Below are positions 47,274 through 56,152 of a DNA stretch of 64,000 bases, piece after piece (positions within the stretch are counted from its first letter, which is position 1; every line of letters starts with the position of its first letter). The stretch comes from a virus: the IMG/VR virus record IMGVR_UViG_3300037462_000828, positions 1-64,000 of that record; one strand, written 5' to 3'. Both the position numbers and the translations under genes were made by a program. The notes under the pieces are model-generated. The model was given only the letters and a program-made list of their open reading frames with translations. It searched no databases and was not told where the DNA came from.

Positions 47274-47601
47274 CGGTCGGCCTACCGGTAGCGGGCGGCG
47301 CGGAGGGCGTCGACCGTAAACCAAGACCCCTTGCGCTCCGGCCCGATCACATAGGCGAGCCCGGCGACGTCGCGGCCCGGGTCGGGCACGTGGTGGTCGA
47401 GCGCGTAGCCGGCCGCGACGAGGTCGCCGAGCCGGCGCGCGGGGTAGATGCTCATGCGCGCCGGCTCGCCGCCGATATGCACGACGGCGCACGTCGCTCC
47501 GTGGTCGGCGAGCACCCACGAGAGAAGTTCGCCGAGCGACGTCGACCCCTCGCGCCACGACCGGACGGGCTCGGGCGCTCGACCGGCCCGCGCGGTCGGC
47601 G

Positions 47602-48432
47602 TCACGCCCCGCCCCCCGGGAACGCACGCACGCGCAGGTGCTCGGGCCACTCGTCGGGGTCGCCGCCCTTAGGGTGCTTGGCTCCGTTCGCCTTGGCCCA
47701 GGGCGAACCCAACTGCTTAACAAACACGTCGGCGCCGGCAAGGTAGCCCGCGTGGACCGCCGCGTCGAACCACGCCATTTCCGTCGGCCGCGCGCCGGGC
47801 CCGCTCTCGCCCCCGACGATGAGCCAGTCGACGCCGTCGATGCTCACGTTCGTCAGGTCGCCGAGCAGGGGCTCGGCCGAGACGAAGCGCACGGCGGCGG
47901 GCGCGTGGCGCAAGTGCGTGATGCGTCCGGCGACGGCGGCCGACTCGACCGATGTACCGAGCCAGACGTTCGGGAGCGGCCAGCCGGGCCACGCCTCGTT
48001 GCCGGGAACGCGGCGGCGCACCTCGCCGACGAACTCCGGCGACTCGAAGAGGTCCGACGCGCGCGCGGGCCGCTTGGTCAAGACTTGGTAGGTATGGCGC
48101 GGCGTCGCCGCCATCGTCGCGAACGCCTCGTGCAAGACCTCGGGCGGCACGTCTTCGTGAAAGGTGTCGCTCAGCGAGTTGACGAAGATGCGCCGCGGCT
48201 CGCGCCACGACATCGGCGTGCGGAAAAACTTCGGCACGGGGCGGACCTCGCCGGTCCAGACCGGGCCCTTTTTGCCGAGGCGCACGAGCCCGGCGTAGGG
48301 CAGGCCCTCGGCGTTGAACCGGTAGGCATGGCGCTCGGCGTAGCAGTGCTCGCAGCCGGCGCTCACGCGCGAGCAGCCGCGCAAAAAATTCCACGTCGCG
48401 TCGGTCCACTCGATCTTCGACTGGTCAGCCAT
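47602..48432 (-). CDS. Gp37/Gp68 (DUF5131) family protein
   Basis: SKIEWTDATWN...GC..VS.GC.HCYA, FVNS.SD.FH, LTKRP, S.EPLL and IVGGESG motifs. Confidence 0.93.
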   Translation of the reverse strand: MADQSKIEWTDATWNFLRGCSRVSAGCEHCYAERHAYRFNAEGLPYAGLVRLGKKGPVWTGEVRPVPKFFRTPMSWREPRRIFVNSLSDTFHEDVPPEVLHEAFATMAATPRHTYQVLTKRPARASDLFESPEFVGEVRRRVPGNEAWPGWPLPNVWLGTSVESAAVAGRITHLRHAPAAVRFVSAEPLLGDLTNVSIDGVDWLIVGGESGPGARPTEMAWFDAAVHAGYLAGADVFVKQLGSPWAKANGAKHPKGGDPDEWPEHLRVRAFPGGGA

Positions 48433-49138
48433 CGGCGCACACCTCGTAGTAGTAGGCCTTGATCGCCTCGGCGCACGCCGTCGGCCGGAGGTGGTCCTCG
48501 ACGCCCGAGCCCCGAAGGCCAGGCGCGAGGTTGAGGTCGGTCGCGAACATCGCGCCCCAATACGAGACCGCGAGGTCGATCGCGAGAAGCGGCGACTTGT
48601 AGATCCGCATGAGGTGCTCGCAGAGCGCGTCGACCGACGGCGGCAGGGTCGTCGCCTCGACCTTGATCTCGTCCGTGCCGACGTTCGAGCGCCAGTCGCC
48701 GGGGCTCCGGTAGCGGAGCACGAACCCGAGCGCGCCGACGCGGAGCCAGCGCACCGACTCGCCGCCCGTCGCCGGGTGCGGGACGAACTCGGCCCAGCAC
48801 TCGTGGCCGAGCACGCCGGCGAGCGACCCGAGGCGCTTGCCGAGCCCCTGATGCATCGTCTCGTCTTCGTAGACGACGACGCGCTCGCCGAGGCCGACGC
48901 GCGACCGGCCCGAGGCCGGGTGATGCTGCTCGCGGCCGATGCCCCAGCGCGGTACGCCGCCGCCGGTGAGCGGGAAGCGCTCGAAGGCGCAGGCAAGCGC
49001 GTTGAGTTGCTCGCGCCGCGTCGGGAAGTCGTCGCGGGTATTGCGCCGCCAGACCGGTACGCCGGGCCCCCGCCGGTCGAGCATACAATCGTAGTAGTCG
49101 GTGTAGGGGTACGGCGCGAGCGCCAGGGGGCCGGTCAT
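48425..49138 (-). CDS. ATP-grasp (RimK-like C-terminal) protein
   Basis: EFV......R, DWRSNV and AIDL.......TD.N.APG motifs. Confidence 0.6.
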   Translation of the reverse strand: MTGPLALAPYPYTDYYDCMLDRRGPGVPVWRRNTRDDFPTRREQLNALACAFERFPLTGGGVPRWGIGREQHHPASGRSRVGLGERVVVYEDETMHQGLGKRLGSLAGVLGHECWAEFVPHPATGGESVRWLRVGALGFVLRYRSPGDWRSNVGTDEIKVEATTLPPSVDALCEHLMRIYKSPLLAIDLAVSYWGAMFATDLNLAPGLRGSGVEDHLRPTACAEAIKAYYYEVCADG

Positions 49139-49452
49139 CGGAGCCCCCCGGGGCGCCACGTCGCCGGGCGCTGCGCGCGACACGTCGAGCCGAACGACCA
49201 GCGCCCCGGGCACTCGACGGGCAGGATCGCTTTCCCCCCGCCGGGCGCGTCGTAGGCGAGCGTGCACGAGACGTAGCCGTCGCCGTCCGTGTCGTAGTCG
49301 GCGCAGACGGCGCGCGCGCCCTCGATCCCGGTCTGCTCGGCGAACGCGCGGGCCTCGCGCGCGGCGGCGTCGCCGGCGGGGCGCACCGCGACGACGAGCG
49401 CGACGAGAGCGGCCACGCAGAAAAACAAGATCGAGCCTTCTTTGACGTTCAC
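49135..49452 (-). CDS. membrane-anchored Cys-rich protein with DxDxDG loop
   Basis: N-terminal TM; CADYDTDGDGYVSC. Confidence 0.6.
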   Translation of the reverse strand: MNVKEGSILFFCVAALVALVVAVRPAGDAAAREARAFAEQTGIEGARAVCADYDTDGDGYVSCTLAYDAPGGGKAILPVECPGRWSFGSTCRAQRPATWRPGGLR

Positions 49453-49881
49453 GAGAACCTCCAGAACGAGGGGCGGCCATCGGGGCGGCCGAAGACAATC
49501 GACGTGGCGGTGCCCACGGCCAGCGCGGCGAGCGCGCCCGCGGCGAGGGCCGAGAGGAAGGCCGAGGCCGCACAGGCCCCGGCGAGAAGGGCGGCGCGCT
49601 TCATCGTTGGTCGGCCCCGTAGCCGACCGCGCCGCTGGGCACGGAGGCGCGAATGCCGCGCGCGACAGCCTCGAGAGCCCCGGCGACCCGGAGCGCCGCC
49701 TCGTCGCCGACCTCGGATCGAGCCTTGCCGGGCGAGAGCGCGACGCAGTCGGGCGGGTCGCCGAGCGCGCCGTGCTCGAGCCGAAGGTCGGCCGATCCGT
49801 TCACGGGGCAGACCGTGACGACGACGCGCGGCCGCTCGAGAGTCACGCTCACCGAGCGTTCGAAGGTCAAGCGCGGCTCGC

Positions 49882-50529
49882 TCACGGCGCGCTCCCGGCC
49901 GGCGCGCGGCCCTCTTCTTTGGCGGCGTAGTCGGCGAGGGAGTAGCCCGCCGGGTACCGCGCGGCGAGTTTCGCTTGGTTGGCGGCCATCGCCGCGGTCA
50001 GGCTCGAGCCGCACCACGCGAGGCCGTGGGCGACGAGCGCGACGACGCGGCCGACCGCGTCGAACACGTCTTCGCGGGTTACGTCGTTGCCCGCCGAGAG
50101 TAGGTCGCCCGCGACGGCCATCACGCGCGCGAAGAGACCGGCCGGCACGAGCACGACGGCGTTGCGCACGGCCGCCGGCGGAACGTCCGAGGCCGCGCAC
50201 CAATCATCGGCCCGGACGGTCAGGTCGCCGACGCACGCGCTAAGCGGCACGCCGATCGCCTCGGCGAGGTAGGCGCAATACCAAAGCACGTCGCCCGACT
50301 CGTCGTTGAGGCGATCGAGGTCGACGGGCCGGCCGTGAAAGGCCGACTTTTTGATGACACCGAAGAGTTCGCCCGCCTCGCCGGCGAGGCTCGAGGCGCC
50401 GTAGAAAAACCGGTAGGTCATCGGCTTCGGCTCGCGCGACTGACCCGAGCGCGTCATCGCCTCGGCTTGGTACGCGTCGAGTTCGGCCGCGTCGGCGGCG
50501 ACGCGCGGGGGCTGCGGGGTGGTCGTCAT
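49882..50529 (-). CDS. MazG-like nucleotide pyrophosphohydrolase
   Basis: LAGEAGE..G.IKK..FHG, ESGDVLWY and N.AKL..RYP motifs. Confidence 0.88.
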   Translation of the reverse strand: MTTTPQPPRVAADAAELDAYQAEAMTRSGQSREPKPMTYRFFYGASSLAGEAGELFGVIKKSAFHGRPVDLDRLNDESGDVLWYCAYLAEAIGVPLSACVGDLTVRADDWCAASDVPPAAVRNAVVLVPAGLFARVMAVAGDLLSAGNDVTREDVFDAVGRVVALVAHGLAWCGSSLTAAMAANQAKLAARYPAGYSLADYAAKEEGRAPAGSAP

Positions 50530-50745
50530 TTCGTCGGGGTCCTTTCGTAATGCTTGCACGTGTCGCCCGGCGCGCGGGCTTTGCCGTAGAGCCGCTCGAC
50601 GGGGCCGTCGAACCAAAACCCGTGCGACTGAACTTTCGGCCGGTGCGTCGCGTCGAGCGAATAGCAGGCGCCGCCGGCGGGCCCGCTCGCGAGGTAGTGC
50701 GCGCAGCCCGAGCAGAGGCGCGGGGGCGGCGCGGCGATGGGGAGG

Positions 50746-51585
50746 CTAGCGCCTGGCACGGGCGCCCCCCTTGCTCGGGGCCTTCGCCGCGGCCGGGGCC
50801 GGCGCGCGCGCCGCGCCGTAGGGGCGCCAGACGGGCACCCCGAGGCCGCGCGCGGCGCGCACGGTGTACTCGGTCCCGTTGCCGCCCGGCAGGGCGACAA
50901 CGAGGTGCGGGCGCACGGAGGCGAGCATCATGTCGTTGCGCTCGAGGGGGGCGCGCCGCCCGGCGCGGTCGTAGTCGGCTTGCGTGACCGGAAAGCGCAA
51001 CCGCTGGTCTTGCGGAACGCCGCGCGCGTCGGCCCAGGCGTCGGCGAGTCGGTCGGCGCCCTCGGCCGCGCCGTGGGCGAGAACGGGACGAAAGCGCGGG
51101 GGGAACTGGAGCGCTCGGTAGGCGCCGGCGACGACGCGGTCGCACGCGAGGGCCGCGCCGGCGAGGTCGTCGTAGGCGCGGCCGCCCGTCACGACCCAGC
51201 GCACCTCGTCGACCCAATCGGTCGGGCGCGGGTACGGCACGAGCGGGGCCATCGCGGCGTGGTTCGGCGCCATCGACCACGATCGCAGGAGCGCCGAGAC
51301 GACGCAATCCTCCGCGACGGCGCGCACGAACGGAGATCCGCCGCGCGCGCCGAACGGAACGAGGCCGCCCTTGCCGTCGGTCCAGGCCTCGAAGAGGTTC
51401 CCGCGCTCGTCATCGACGAAGACGATCTCGCGCAGGCCCGTCGTCAAAAACGACGCGTACTGCTCGGCCGCCTGCGTGTTGGATCGCCCGGCGTACGCCA
51501 TCGCCGGGCGCCCGGGCGCGAAGGCGACAAGCGCGCGCCCGCGCACGTATTCGTCGGTAGGAGTCTCCTCGATAGATGGGGTCAC
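50746..51585 (-). CDS. SLOG-superfamily (YspA/DUF2493-like) protein with N-terminal extension
   Basis: VTGGR.Y.D, HGAA.GADRLA, RN..M and ALPGG.GT motifs. Confidence 0.85.
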   Translation of the reverse strand: MTPSIEETPTDEYVRGRALVAFAPGRPAMAYAGRSNTQAAEQYASFLTTGLREIVFVDDERGNLFEAWTDGKGGLVPFGARGGSPFVRAVAEDCVVSALLRSWSMAPNHAAMAPLVPYPRPTDWVDEVRWVVTGGRAYDDLAGAALACDRVVAGAYRALQFPPRFRPVLAHGAAEGADRLADAWADARGVPQDQRLRFPVTQADYDRAGRRAPLERNDMMLASVRPHLVVALPGGNGTEYTVRAARGLGVPVWRPYGAARAPAPAAAKAPSKGGARARR

Positions 51586-51993
51586 GCGGTCGGCCTTTCG
51601 TTCGTTGCGCGGCGCCGTTCGCCGCTGGTAGTTCGAACGGCCGGCGCGCGCCCCGCGTTAAGCGCGCCCGGTTCTTTTTGCCGAGCTCGGCCCGGGCGCG
51701 CAGGCCGGCGACGACCTCGGCGAGGGCCTCGCGCAAGAGCGTCTCTTCGACCGGCGTTCGGTCGTCGAGCCGTAGAAAATCGGTCGCATCCCATCCCGAC
51801 GCCGCGTCGAACGACGTCGCGATGCCGTCGCACACGAAGCGCACGGCCTCGTCTTTCGAGAACGCCGCGCCCTTCGGCTTGCGTCGGCCCGCACGGTCGG
51901 GCTCCGGCCGCTCGACCGCGGCGTTGAGGCAGTCGACGCACGTAACCTCGAGTTCGACCTCGTCCTCGCTCCGGTAGCACTGTGCGCAGTGGC

Positions 51994-52560
51994 TCACGAG
52001 AGCCTCGGCGCCGAGACGGGCGGCAGGGGGCCGACGGGGGCGCCGGGCCAGCGGCCGTCGCGGCCGAACGCCTCGACCTTGCGGTCGTAGATGGCCGCCT
52101 GCGCGTCGAGCGCGACGCGCTCGCGCTGCCCGTGGGGCAGGGCGACGAGGGCCCCCCGGTCGACCTCGTAGGCCGCCTCGCCGCCCGAGCGCGCCCACCA
52201 CGCGGCGAGCGCCGCGGCGAGGTCGCCGTAGGCCGCCGGGCCGAACTCGCCGCGGGGCGCCATCTCGAGGGCGGCGTCGGCGCACGCGGCCGGAAGGGGC
52301 ACGGGGCGGCAGGGGTGGAACGCCGCCGGCACGTCGGCGACGAGTACGTCGGCCGCGCCCTCGGCGAGCGCCGCGGCGAGCGCGTGCTCGTCGACGAAGA
52401 GCCGCCCCGCGCCCCCGCGCCACGCCGGCACGTAGAGGGCGCGGGCGTAGCCGAGGCTCGGCTCGTAGGCCCACGCGTCGTAGGCTAGCGCCGCGGGCGC
52501 GATCGCTTCGAGCACGGCCGAACAAGCGCGGGCGTCGCCCGCGCGCATTGTCGTCGTCAT
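51994..52560 (-). CDS. hypothetical protein, first gene after promoter PE
   Basis: GGAAGG SD. Confidence 0.6.
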   Translation of the reverse strand: MTTTMRAGDARACSAVLEAIAPAALAYDAWAYEPSLGYARALYVPAWRGGAGRLFVDEHALAAALAEGAADVLVADVPAAFHPCRPVPLPAACADAALEMAPRGEFGPAAYGDLAAALAAWWARSGGEAAYEVDRGALVALPHGQRERVALDAQAAIYDRKVEAFGRDGRWPGAPVGPLPPVSAPRLS

Positions 52561-52626
52561 AGAGCCTTCCCTTTACTTCCGCGCGGTCCCTGCGCGTCGC
52601 GCCGGCCCGGTGCCGACGCGCTATCA

Positions 52627-52656
52627 AACCTACGCCACTTGGGCGCGATGTAAAGG
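52627..52656 (-). promoter_or_regulatory. promoter PE (TTTACA-N16-TAGGTT) with degenerate operator
   Basis: Same hexamers as PB-PD. Confidence 0.7.
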
Positions 52657-53428
52657 GGGTCTCGAGGCGATCGGTCTAAATCGAGGTCACGCGGCCCGCC
52701 GCCGCGGCGACGAGCAAGGCGTTGCGGGCCCGGGCGCCGCCGTCGAGGGCGGCCGCGCTCGGGCCGCCGCCCGGGCCCGGACGGTAGGCGCCGGCCTCGG
52801 CGTAAAACCGGACGGCCCGGGCGTAGGCGTCGCGCTGGGCCCGGAGGCGGTTGCACTCGGCGGCGAGCTGACGGACGAGCGGCGGCTCGTCGGCCTCGCC
52901 CCCGGCGCCCCCGCCGCCCTCGGTCGTCACGACCGACCGCCGCCGCCGTGCCCGGCGACCGCGCGGGCGAGGGCGTCGAGCCCGGCCGGGCGAAGGGCGG
53001 CGCCGAGCGCGGTCTCGAGCGCCGCGGCTTGGCCCGCGAGCGCCCGGCCCCGGGCGGCCGACGCGCCAAGGCCCGCCGCGTCGGCGGCGCGGGCCGCTTC
53101 GGCGAGAACGCGCCGGGCCTCGGCGACAAGGTCGCGGGCGAAGCCGACGGCCTCGCGGCTCTCGTCGAGGCCGTCGAGGGCGGCTTGGCCGGTCGGGGGG
53201 AGGGGGGTTGAGGGGGGCATGAGAAGTAGCGTGGCCATGGCTCTTTCTACGGCGGGAGGGGCGCCGAGATAAGCGACCCCCGGCGCGCCGTCTACGGGCC
53301 TGGCGGCGCCCCCCGTGGAAAACTGCCCCGTGTGGCTTATTGCGACGCCGCGTCGGCCGTTGGCTCGAAACGAGCCGCCTCGCGCGCCGCTCGCGCCCGC
53401 CCCTCCCCCTAGCCCCGAGCCCGACCGT

Positions 53429-54274
53429 ATGTCCCAGACCGCCCCGGCCCCCGTACCCGCCCTCTGCCTCGTTCCCCCCCCGCCTCCCGCCCGCGCGCCG
53501 CTCCGGTCGGGCGTGCGCCCCTCGACCCCGCCGCGCGCTAGAGCCGAGCGCGTGCCCCCCGCCGCCCCCGCCCCCGTCGCCGACCCGCGGTCGATCGCGA
53601 CGGCCGAAGCCTGCGTCGGCTGCGGCCGCCCGCGCGGCGGGCCGCCGATCGCCGACCCGCGGGTACCGGCCGAGCAAACGAGCGCCTTTTGGCACTGCCC
53701 CCGGTGCCTCGCGCCGAGCTTCAAAACGCGGGCCGCGAAGCGTATTTTGGCCGAGGAGATCGTGCGCGTCGCCGACCGGGGGGAGGGCACGCTGCTCGGG
53801 CTCGCGGCCGAGGTGGCGGGGCACCTCGCCGAGCAGACCGTGCGCCGGCGGGCGCGCGCGGTCGGGGTCGGGGTCAACCCCCCGGCCTGGTCGGCGTACG
53901 AGGGGGGGCCTCACCGATGGTTCGTCGCGGCGGGTCGGCTGCTCTTGCCCTTCGTCGAGACCCACCGCACGTGGGCCGAACTCGAGGCATGGGCGGCCGA
54001 CCAGGGCTGGACGACCGAGGACGTGCGCGAACTCGTCGCGTGGCTCGCCAAAAAGGGCGACGCCGCGTACGTGCGCGAGGCCGGCCCGAGGCTGCCGCCC
54101 TGGGACGAAAAAGAACTCGGGCCCGACACGCGCGACGGGCACCCCCGGTGGTGGGTCGTCGCGACGCCCGACGACGACCCCGAGCCCGCCGCCGACGCGA
54201 CCCCGGCGTGGGCCGCTTCGCTCGGCCCGGCCGCCTTGGCGGGCGCCGGCCACGCGCCGCGGGGGGGCCGCTAG
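53429..54274 (+). CDS. hypothetical protein with CxxC...CxxC Zn finger; first gene of the divergent replication block
   Basis: CVGC...CPRC; start codon uncertain. Confidence 0.5.
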   Translation: MSQTAPAPVPALCLVPPPPPARAPLRSGVRPSTPPRARAERVPPAAPAPVADPRSIATAEACVGCGRPRGGPPIADPRVPAEQTSAFWHCPRCLAPSFKTRAAKRILAEEIVRVADRGEGTLLGLAAEVAGHLAEQTVRRRARAVGVGVNPPAWSAYEGGPHRWFVAAGRLLLPFVETHRTWAELEAWAADQGWTTEDVRELVAWLAKKGDAAYVREAGPRLPPWDEKELGPDTRDGHPRWWVVATPDDDPEPAADATPAWAASLGPAALAGAGHAPRGGR

Positions 54275-54598
54275 GTGCCGACCCGGAGGCTCCCGGCGCC
54301 GCCGCCCTCGGCGCGCGACGCGATGCTCGCGCGCTGGCGCGAGCAGGACAGGCAGCGGGCGCGGGACCAACGCCGGCGAAGCCGATCGGGCGCCGCGTCG
54401 CGCCCGAGCGCCGACCCGACCCACCCGCTCGGGGCCGCGCGCGTCGCCGAGCGCGCGGCGGCGCGGGCTGCGGCCCTCGCGGCGCTTGAGCCGCCGCCGG
54501 CCGACCTCTCCGAGCTTTGCGCCGACGGCGAGGCCCCGATCTGGGGCGCGCTCTACGGCGGCTAAACGACGCGCCCGCCCCGGCCGTACCCCCGAACG

Positions 54599-55174
54599 AT
54601 GACCTCCTCCGCTACGCCCTACCCCCCCGCCGAAAGCCGCAAGCACCTTCACCCCGGCCGCTACGAGGCCCACGACAACGGCGGCGGCTTCGAGAGCGGC
54701 CGCCTCCTCGACGCCGTCACCCACTTCGCCGCGGCCCTTCAGGTCGGCGGCGTGCGCCTGCGCGCCGCCTGCCCGAGGCGCTACACCGCCCTGACCGGCG
54801 CGGCCGCCGCGGGCCCGGTCGTGCCCGCCGCCGAACTCTACCTCGAAGGCCCGGGCGGCGCCGAGGGCGCGATCGCGGTCGTACTCCTTCCCGCCTCCGA
54901 CGCCGACGTTGCCTACGCCGTCGCGTGGCTCGGCGAGCACGCCCGTCGGGCCGACGAGGCGCGCCGCCAGGCGCTCGTCTACGGCTTCGCGCGCCCGGGC
55001 GGCGAGGGCGACTGGCTCCGCGCCTCGGCCGAGGTCTCGCTCGCCCCGCCCCCGATGCGCGCGGCCGAAAACAGTCACGTGCGCTTCGTCGCCGACGGGC
55101 TCGCCCCCGACCCGGCCGACGCGCTGCCCCCGACCGAGCGGGCGCCCTCGAGCGCCGCCCGGGGGGCCGCCTAG
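54599..55174 (+). CDS. hypothetical protein
   Basis: Coding-like GC3 in this frame. Confidence 0.55.
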   Translation: MTSSATPYPPAESRKHLHPGRYEAHDNGGGFESGRLLDAVTHFAAALQVGGVRLRAACPRRYTALTGAAAAGPVVPAAELYLEGPGGAEGAIAVVLLPASDADVAYAVAWLGEHARRADEARRQALVYGFARPGGEGDWLRASAEVSLAPPPMRAAENSHVRFVADGLAPDPADALPPTERAPSSAARGAA

Positions 55175-55621
55175 TGCCCCGCGCCGTGCTCGTCACGTGG
55201 GCCGCGGCGGGCGGCGTCGGCCGCACCGCGGTCGTCGTATCGCGCCCCCGCGGCGGTCGCGCCGAGGTCGCGCGCCGGGCCCTCGCCGCTTCGTCGATGG
55301 CCGCCGACCTGCCGGGCTACCCGACGCACCTCTGCCGGCTCGCGCCCGCCGAGGTCTCGGTCGACGGGCGGCCCTACCGCGTCCGCTTCGACGGCGACGT
55401 GCGCCACGCCGGCCTTCGCCTCGAGCCGACGCCGTGACCGCCGCCCGCGCCCTCTACGCCCTCGGCGCGCTGCTTGTCGCCGCGCGCCGCGCCGCCTCCG
55501 AACTGCGCGCCGGCCGGGGCTTCGGCCCCCTCGCCGGGCTCGCGCGCTGGCCCTGAAAACAACTGCGCCCCGGTCTCGCGGGAACGAGCCGGGGCGCCAC
55601 GACAACGAAGGAAGTAGGTCT

Positions 55622-56152
55622 ATGACACGAAACGCACAGGATTGTCAACGGCCGAGCCGGTTTTGCATGGTGACGAGATTCGTTTTTTCGCCGTCCCTGG
55701 CCCGTCTCAGCGGCGAGGCATTCCGCCTCTGGTTCAACGCATTTGGCTTTTGCTACGAGATCGATTCGCACGGGCGCGTACCCGTCGCGTCCCTTCGCGC
55801 CGTGTCTGTCGCCCGTCGGGTCAAAGCGGCGGCGGCGGAGTTGTGCCGCGCCGGCCTGTGGCTGCGTGAGCGTGACGAATACGTCATCGCGGACTTTGCG
55901 ACTTGGTCGAGGCCGTACGACGACGCCGCGAAAGATCCGGACCTTCGCCCCGGCCGACGATACGACGTACTGGCGCGCGACGGGTTCGCTTGCCGGTACT
56001 GCGGCCGCAAGGCCCCCGAGGTGACGCTGCACGTCGATCACGTCGTGCCCCGAGCCAAGGGCGGCTCGGACGACCCGAGCAACCTCGTTGCGGCCTGCTC
56101 CGCGTGCAACCAAGGCAAAGGCGTCAAGAGCCTCGAGGGGGCCGTCTCGTGA
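55622..56152 (+). CDS. HNH endonuclease with N-terminal replication-initiator-like domain
   Basis: R..VL.RDGF.C.YCG...LHVDHVVP..KGG.D..SNL..AC..CN.GK. Confidence 0.92.
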   Translation: MTRNAQDCQRPSRFCMVTRFVFSPSLARLSGEAFRLWFNAFGFCYEIDSHGRVPVASLRAVSVARRVKAAAAELCRAGLWLRERDEYVIADFATWSRPYDDAAKDPDLRPGRRYDVLARDGFACRYCGRKAPEVTLHVDHVVPRAKGGSDDPSNLVAACSACNQGKGVKSLEGAVS

